From positions 181,957 through 245,956 of the forward strand of contig CAVYBH010000011.1 in the NCBI GenBank assembly GCA_963766715.1: a stretch of 64,000 bases of DNA, read 5' to 3'. How positions within the stretch are numbered: the first letter of the stretch is position 1; each line of letters starts with the position of its first letter. The notes under the pieces are model-generated. The model searched no databases. It saw nothing but the letters and a program-made list of their open reading frames with translations, and had not been told where the DNA came from. The stretch is from an uncultured delta proteobacterium. Its GTDB lineage: Bacteria > Myxococcota > Myxococcia > Myxococcales > Anaeromyxobacteraceae. A program made the translations under genes and the position numbers. Positions 54,489 through 64,000 of the stretch are shown here, piece by piece.

Positions 54489-54930
54489 TCAACGGCGGGC
54501 GCGCCGGGTGCGCCGCTCGATCTCCGGCAGGGCGACGAACACCCAGAGCAGGCGCCTTCCGTCCGCCCACTCGGCGGCGCTCGCCTGCAGCACGTCGAGC
54601 GCGGTCTGGAAGTCGTCGGCCGAGGCATGGCGCAGGAGATCGCCGTTCGCGAGCAGGAGCGCGAGCCCGGGTGCGCCCGGCCCGCGCAGGTCGCCCAGCG
54701 CGTCGGCGAGCGCGTCCCAGTTGCGGACCGTGCCGGGGGGGAACCCGAGCGCGCCGGACATCCGCTGGAGGAACTCGGCCTTGGTGGAGCAGCCGCGAAG
54801 GTCCACGCGGACGCTGGGGAGGCCCTGCGTCACCGCGGCCGCCGCGAGCGGCCCGAGGTCCCGCTCCGGGACGAGGTGGACGCCGGCCTCGCCGGCGGGC
54901 GGCAGCAGGCCCTCCGGTCCCGCCGGTCAT
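54489..54930 (-). CDS. barstar family ribonuclease inhibitor (frameshift near the start)
   Basis: ALGFP...NWDALADALGDL, LDVL...W; ATGA overlap with the RNase stop. Confidence 0.85.
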
Positions 54931-55329
54931 GGCGTCCCTCCGATCCGGCGAAAGCTCTCGTAGTGGTCGTCGGTGTAGAAGAACTCGGTGGGCGGGTCGC
55001 CGCCGGTGACGATGCGCCGCGCCCCCCGGTGGCCGACGCCCGGCGTGGGCACGGTGTACTCCCGGTAGTAGCCGCGGGGCCGCTGCGGCAGGCGCTTCTC
55101 GAAGTTGCCGAACACCACGCCGTCCCGCTGGTGGGGGAACGGCCCGCCCTGCGCGATGAGCGCCAGCGTGGCGCGGGCCTCGGCGGGCAGCCCGTCCTCC
55201 CGCCCTTGCGACAGGGACGGAGCCCGAGGGGCCGGGATCCGGGGAGGCGGGCGCGTCGCGGTACCGCAGCCAGCCGAACCAGGCGGCGGCCGCCAGGACG
55301 GCGACGAGGAGCAGGCGGGAGCGGCGCAT
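54927..55329 (-). CDS. guanyl-specific ribonuclease (N1/T1/Sa family) with N-terminal anchor (frameshift near 55215)
   Basis: LPAEAR, GGPFP..RDG.VFGNFE..LP, YYREYTV.TPG, RGARRIV, YTDDHYESF. Confidence 0.92.
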
Positions 55330-55422
55330 GGCCTTCTCCCTGGATACCGGCTTTCCCGGCCCGGCGCACGGGCCCCTCCGGGACGTCTTGCACCCACCGT
55401 CGGCCCGGGGCAGAGTGCGCCC

Positions 55423-56238
55423 GTGCGCGACCATCTCTACGACGACGTCCCCTTCCGCGTTCCCGAGATCCAGCACCGCTACGGCGGGAACGTCCACCTG
55501 CTCGCCGACCCGCTGATGCTCGACCTGCTCGCCAAGCTGGCGGCCAAGGAGACCGAGCAGCCGGCGGTGAACAACCTGGTGGTCGACATCTACCGCGGCC
55601 TGTCCCGGGCGGTGCTGAACGCCGAGTTCCCGCGCAAGGTGGTCGAGGTCCCCACCCGGATGATCGACCACACCCCCGAGGGCATCTGGCGCGGCCAGAT
55701 CCTCGAGCCGGAGACCCGCGCGGTGACGGTCAACATCGCCCGCGCCGGGGCGGTGCCTTCACACACCGTCTACGGCCTGCTCAACACCGTGCTGAACCCG
55801 AAGCTGGTCCGCCAGGACCACATCATCATGAGCCGCATGCTGGGGGCCGCCGACGAGGTGGTGGGCGCCGGCATCGGCGGCATGAAGATCGGCGGCGACG
55901 TGGACGGCGCCTTCCTGCTCTTCCCGGATCCGATGGGCGCGACCGGGTCGTCGCTCTCCATGGCGCTCGACACCTACAAGAAGAAGGTGCCGGGCACGCC
56001 GCGGAAGATCATCGCGCTCCACCTCGTGGTGACGCCCGAGTACCTGCGCCGCATGAGGAAGGACCATCCCGAGATGGTGGTCTACGCCGTGCGGCTCGAC
56101 CGCGGGCTCTCGCCGGAGAAGGTCAACGGCACCGTGCCCGGCACCTACTGGGACGAGGAGAAGGGGCTGAACGAGCACGACTACATCGTCCCCGGCGCCG
56201 GAGGGCTCGGCGAGGTGATGAACAACGCCTGGGTCTGA
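55423..56238 (+). CDS. upp: uracil phosphoribosyltransferase-like protein
   Basis: IARAG, PDPMGATGSS PRPP loop, LNEHDYIVPG. Confidence 0.75.
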   Translation: MRDHLYDDVPFRVPEIQHRYGGNVHLLADPLMLDLLAKLAAKETEQPAVNNLVVDIYRGLSRAVLNAEFPRKVVEVPTRMIDHTPEGIWRGQILEPETRAVTVNIARAGAVPSHTVYGLLNTVLNPKLVRQDHIIMSRMLGAADEVVGAGIGGMKIGGDVDGAFLLFPDPMGATGSSLSMALDTYKKKVPGTPRKIIALHLVVTPEYLRRMRKDHPEMVVYAVRLDRGLSPEKVNGTVPGTYWDEEKGLNEHDYIVPGAGGLGEVMNNAWV

Positions 56239-56264
56239 CCGCGGCGACCTCGGGCGGCGCGGCG

Positions 56265-57740
56265 TCACCGCCCCGCCGCCAGGACCGCGGGCATCCCGAG
56301 GAAGAGCAGCGCCGCGAGGAAGACGGCGCCGAAGATCGCGCCGAGCCGCCAGAACGTGGCCGTCGGCAGGTAGCCGCTCCCGTGGTACACGGGCGCGGGA
56401 CCGGTCGCGTACGGCGAGAGCACCCCCATGAGCCCGTGCGACAGGGCGAGCAACGTGGCGAAGGGGACCATCGGGAGCCCGGGCACGGTGTGCCCCACCT
56501 CCAGCATCACCGGCAGGACGGCCATGACGTGCGCCGTCGTGGTGGCGAAGAGGTAGTGGGAGGCGAAGTAGGCGGCCACGAGCGCGGCGACGCAGGCGGT
56601 CGGTGGGAGCCCGGAGAGCAGCCGCCCCACGCCGTGGGCGAACCACCCCACGAAGCCGGTCCGGAAGAGCCCGTCGGCCATGGTCACGAGCAGCGACAGC
56701 CGCACCAGCATGTCCCAGGCCGGGGCGTGGGAGATCATCTCCTGCCAGGTCACGACGCGCGCCACGAGCATGAGCGCCATCACCGCGAGCGCGACCGCGG
56801 TCGGGTGGATGACGGCGCCCCCCAGGATCCAGAGCCCGAGCGCGGCCAGGAGGAGCAGCGAGAAGACCACCTCGCGCCGCGAGACCGGGCCGAGGCGCTG
56901 GAGCTCCCCGGCCGCCCACGGGGGGACCTCCGGGCTGGCGCGGAGTCCCGGCGGGCAGAGCAGGAATCCCAGGAGTGGCACCGCGAGGAGCAGGGGGACG
57001 GCGAACGGGGCGGAGGCGCCGAGCCATCGCAGCCAACCGATCTCGACCCCGACGCTCCGCCGGATCATGTCCACGGCGATCACGTTCGGCGCCAGCGCCG
57101 TGAGGAAGAGCGTGCTCGTGACGCAGCTCGAGGCGAACGCGGTCCAGAGCAGGTAGGAGCCGATGCGTCGCGCCGAGGGCTCGCCCGGCTCGGAGCCGTA
57201 GAGCGGCGGGATGCCGCGGACGACCGGGTAGACGATCCCCGCGCTGCGCGCCGTGTTGGACGGGGTGAAGGGGGCGAGCAGCGCGTCCACCATCGCCACG
57301 GCGTAGCCCAGCCGGAGCGTGCTCCTCCCGAGCAGGCGCACCACCTGGAGCGCGACGCGCCGCCCCAGGGTCGTGCGCTCGTACCCGAGCCCGAAGAGGA
57401 ACGCGGCGAAGGCCAGCCAGACGGCGGGGTTCTGGAAGCCGGAGAGGGCCCAGGCGAGCGATCGGGTCGTCGCGTCGAATCCCGGGCGGGCGAGCTCGTC
57501 GGGCCCGAAGAGCACCCAGCGTGAAAAGACCACGCAGGTCGTCACGCCGACCAGGCCGGCCGCCGCGTTCGGGATGGGCTCGAGCACCAGCGCCGCCAGG
57601 ACACCCACGAAGACGGCGAAGTAGCGCCAGGCGTGGGGCGGGAGCCCGGCGGGCGCGGGAAGCGCCCCCACCAGCGCCGCCAGGGCGAACGGGAGCCACC
57701 CCCTCCACGGAAGGCGGGAGCTCCCGCCCCTCCTCGCCAT
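56265..57740 (-). CDS. DASS family anion permease (CitT/TtdT-like)
   Basis: LEPIP, TTLGRR, PSNTARSAG, FLTALAPN, HYLFATTTAH, PYATGPAPVY. Confidence 0.92.
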   Translation of the reverse strand: MARRGGSSRLPWRGWLPFALAALVGALPAPAGLPPHAWRYFAVFVGVLAALVLEPIPNAAAGLVGVTTCVVFSRWVLFGPDELARPGFDATTRSLAWALSGFQNPAVWLAFAAFLFGLGYERTTLGRRVALQVVRLLGRSTLRLGYAVAMVDALLAPFTPSNTARSAGIVYPVVRGIPPLYGSEPGEPSARRIGSYLLWTAFASSCVTSTLFLTALAPNVIAVDMIRRSVGVEIGWLRWLGASAPFAVPLLLAVPLLGFLLCPPGLRASPEVPPWAAGELQRLGPVSRREVVFSLLLLAALGLWILGGAVIHPTAVALAVMALMLVARVVTWQEMISHAPAWDMLVRLSLLVTMADGLFRTGFVGWFAHGVGRLLSGLPPTACVAALVAAYFASHYLFATTTAHVMAVLPVMLEVGHTVPGLPMVPFATLLALSHGLMGVLSPYATGPAPVYHGSGYLPTATFWRLGAIFGAVFLAALLFLGMPAVLAAGR

Positions 57741-58007
57741 GATCGCCAGCCCCCCGTCTGGCCGCCCGGTGCCGCCCGCGCCGGGGGGCCACCTTCATCG
57801 TGGGGCCTTCCGGCCGTGGCCGGGTCGGGAGGTACCCGAGCGGCACCGCGCTCTTCCGGGGCCGGCCGTCCGGGGAGCCCCGGAAGGTCCGCGCCGCGAT
57901 CGGGAGTCGCTCCCGTTCCCGTGGGCCGCAGGAGGTTCCGCCTCCGGGAAGCCCGTGCCCCCAACCCGCCTCGGTGTGGACCGGTGCGGTGGCATACGAT
58001 GGTCGGC

Positions 58008-59245
58008 ATGGAGGCGATCGCGGCGAGCCTGGTCATCGACGGCCGGCAGGTCCCGGTGCCCGACGGCGGCACCTTGCTCGAGGCCTGCCACCGCGGTGGC
58101 ATCCCGCTCCCGTCGCTCTGCCACATGGACGGGCTCACGGAGGTCGCGAGCTGCCGGGTCTGCCTCGTGGAGGTCGAGGGGATCGAGCAGCCGGTCCCCG
58201 CCTGCGTGACCCCTGCGCGCGCCGGGATGCGCGTCGCCACGGACACGCCGGCGCTCCGCGGCACACCGCAGGTCCGTGGCCGAGATGCTCTTCGCCGGCG
58301 GGCACCACGTGTGCGCGTTCTGCGCCGCCAGCGGCCGCTGCGAGCTCCAGGAGCTGGGCAGGCTCACCGGGCTCGACGCGGTTCGCGCCGGCCCGGAGAT
58401 CCCGCGCTGGCCGGTGGACGCCTCCCGCGCCCGCTTCGCCCTCGACCCGGGGCGCTGCATCCTCTGCACCCGCTGCGTTCGAGCCTGCTCGGAGCTGGAA
58501 GGCGCCCATGCGCTCGGCGTCATGGGGCACGGATTCCGTTCCCGCATCGCGACCGACGGCGCCACCTGGGGCGCGAGCCGCGCCTGCACCGACTGCGGCC
58601 GCTGCGTCTCCGCCTGCCCCACCGGGGCCATCTTCGAGAAATCCCTCGCCGCCCAGGGGCTCCTCCCGCGCTCCGCCCTCCCGCCGGTGCCCAGGCCGGC
58701 TCCCCTCCCCGCGACGGCGCGCCGGCTCCGCCTTGCCACCGTCTGGCTGGGCGGGTGCTCCGGCTGCCACATGTCCCTCCTCGACCTCGACGGGAGGTTG
58801 CTCGACCTCGCGCCCCGCATCGAGCTCGTGTACTCGCCGTTCAACGACGTGAAGGTCTACCCGGGCGACGTGGACGTCTGCCTCGTCGAGGGCGCGGTGG
58901 CCACCGACGAGGACGCGGCTCTCCTCGCGCTGGTGCGGGCGCGCACGCACCTCCTCGTCGCGCTCGGCGACTGTGCGGTGGACCGGGAACGTGACCGCGA
59001 TGCGCGACGGGGTGGGCGGCGCCGCTGCCGTGCGGGCCCGCTCCTGGTCGGGGCCGGGCGGGGTGCCCGATCGGGAGCCGGGACTCCCGGCGCTGCTCGA
59101 CCGCGTGGTCCCGCTCCGCGATCGGGTGCACGTCGACCTCTCCTTGCCGGGATGCCCTCCCCGGGCGGATCTCCTCCACCTCGTCCTCTCCGACCTCGTC
59201 GCCGGCAGGCGCCCCGACCTCGAGGGGCTCTTCCGTTTCGGGTGA
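58008..59245 (+). CDS. apparent HoxU-HoxY fusion (Fe-S subunit plus hydrogenase small subunit), frameshifts near 58265 and 58980
   Basis: LC..CRVC..AC 2Fe-2S; H.CAFC...CELQ; CILCTRC, CTDCGRCVSACPTG; in-frame WLGGCSGCHMS, VEGAV, GDCA, LPGCPP. Confidence 0.85.
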
Positions 59246-59248
59246 ACC

Positions 59249-60667
59249 ATGGCGCGCCACCTCGTCATCGACCCGGTGAGCCGAATCGAGGGGCGCGCCC
59301 GCGTCACCATCGAGCTCGACGACGGGCGGCGCGGTCACCTCGGCGCGGGTCCACGTGACCGAGCTGCGGGGGTTCGAGTCGATCTGCGTGGGGCGGCCGC
59401 TCGGCGAGATGCCGGCCTCACCGCGCGCATCTGCGGCATCTGCCCGGTGTCCCACCTCCTCGCCGCCGCGCGCGCCGGGGACGTCATCCTGGGCGCTCCT
59501 CCCCCGCCCGCCGCCCGCGGCATCCGCGAGCTCGTCCAGCTGGCCCAGGTGGTCCAGTCCCACGCGCTCTCCTTCTTCTACCTGTCGGCGCCGGACCTGG
59601 TGCTCGGGCACGACGCGCCCCCGGATCGGCGAAGCATCCTGGGGCTGGCCGAGGCCGCCCCGGCGCTGGCCCGCGACGGCGTCGCCCTGCGGGCCTTCGG
59701 GCAGGGGGTGATCGAGAAGGTCACCGGCCAGCGCATCCACGGAGCCTTCGCGGTCCCCGGGGGCGTGACCCGGCCGCTCGGCGCCGAGGTCCGCCGGCCA
59801 TCCAGGCTGGCCTCCCCGCGGCGCTCGACGCGGCCGAGCGGAGCCTGCACGGGTGGGAGGGCGAGGAGCCGCGGCATGCCGAGGAGGCGGCGACGTGCGG
59901 GAACTTCCCGAGTGCCTTCCTGGCGCTGGTCCGTCCCGGCGGGCGGCTCACGTTCGGCGAAGGCGGCCTGCGCCTCGTCTCGGCTTCCGGCGAGATCCTC
60001 GAGGACGGGCTCGACCCGGCGCGCTACGCCGAGCTCATCTGCGAGCAGGTGAGCGGCGCGAGCTACCTCAAGGCCCCCTTCTGGCGGTCGCTCGGGCCCG
60101 TGGAGGGCAGCTACCGCGTGGGCCCGCTCGCGCGGCTCAACGCGGTGGACGCCTGCGGGACTCCGCGTGCCGACCGGGCCCTCGACCGCTTCCGCGCCCT
60201 CGCGACCGGCCCGGTGCTCTCCACCTTCCACGCCCACCGCGCTCGCCTCGTGGAGATCGTCTACGCACTGGAGCGCATGGACGAGCTGCTCCGGGATCCG
60301 GTGCTCCTCGACCCCGCCGTGCTCACCCCTGCCGGCACCCGATCGGCCGAGGGAGTGGGCGCCTGCGAGGCGCCGCGCGGCACGCTCTTCCACCGCTATG
60401 CCGTGGACGGGGACGGCCTCGTGACCCATGCCGACCTCCTCGTCGCGAGCGCGCAGAACGCGACCTCCATGGATCGCGCCGTATTCCAGGCCGCGCAGCC
60501 GCTGGCTGGACGGGGCCCGGATCACCCCGGCCCTGACGAACCGGGTCGAGGCGGCGATCCGGGCCTTCGATCCCTGCCTCTCCTGCTCGACCCACGCCCA
60601 TGGCGAGCCGTGGGTGGCGATCCGGATCGTGGGGCCGGGCGGGCAGGTGCTCGACGCGGGGGACTAG
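59249..60667 (+). CDS. hoxH: [NiFe]-hydrogenase large subunit, group 3d-like (multiple frameshifts)
   Basis: IDPVSRIEG, RGFE, L1 RICGICPVSH, SHALSFFYLS.PD, RVGPLAR, EAPRGTL.H.Y, L2 DPCLSCSTH plus C-terminal extension. Confidence 0.9.
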
Positions 60668-60686
60668 GACCGTCCCGGCGGACGTG

Positions 60687-60719
60687 AAAAGGCCCCGGTC
60701 GCTCGCGCGGCCGGGGCCT
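60687..60719 (-). terminator. hairpin terminator between convergent hoxH and mdh
   Basis: AGGCCCCGGTCGC/GCGGCCGGGGCCT stem with a short U tract on the minus strand. Confidence 0.7.
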
Positions 60720-60744
60720 CGTTGCCTCGGGAACGGACGGGAGG

Positions 60745-61749
<1,005 letters not shown>

Positions 61750-61763
61750 CTACGAGCTACGGG

Positions 61764-64000
<2,237 letters not shown>

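Noticed and set aside
60560..60600. Selenocysteine in the hydrogenase L2 motif
   Set aside because: Both positions are TGC (DPCLSC); no in-frame TGA

Overview
This is very GC-rich bacterial chromosomal DNA. Gene content and order (rplU-rpmA-obgE; kdsB-pyrG-kdsA-kdsC-lpxL-lptCAB-rpoN-hpf-ptsN; PilZ/TPR and Cys-rich lipoproteins) suggest an Anaeromyxobacter-like myxobacterium, which is an inference. About 60 CDS are visible, and I found no rRNA, tRNA, CRISPR array or mobile element. Around 20 genes, including essential ones (rplU, gatB, lptA), carry single-base frameshifts, best explained as sequencing or assembly indels, so genes were stitched across frames. Main points of interest: (1) a Fur-boxed cluster of a porin, an FMN-binding (flavinylation) protein, two small His-containing membrane proteins and a convergent ApbE flavin transferase (7282-11302), a candidate flavin-based extracytosolic iron-reduction/uptake system with an unrecognised membrane electron-donor module; (2) a two-gene group 3d-like [NiFe]-hydrogenase with an apparent HoxU-HoxY fusion and no hoxEF/hoxW; (3) a shared GAAAT-N16-CGTW ECF-type promoter ahead of a Yip1-TolC-MacAB-LepB operon and a secreted beta-helix protein; (4) a structured, SD-sequestering leader before a repeat-rich surface lipoprotein; (5) a sphingomyelin-synthase-like enzyme, a DUF481-like barrel with an EF-hand loop, a CxxCxC/Met-rich barrel, a metzincin plus HEAT-protein pair and an RNase-barstar pair.
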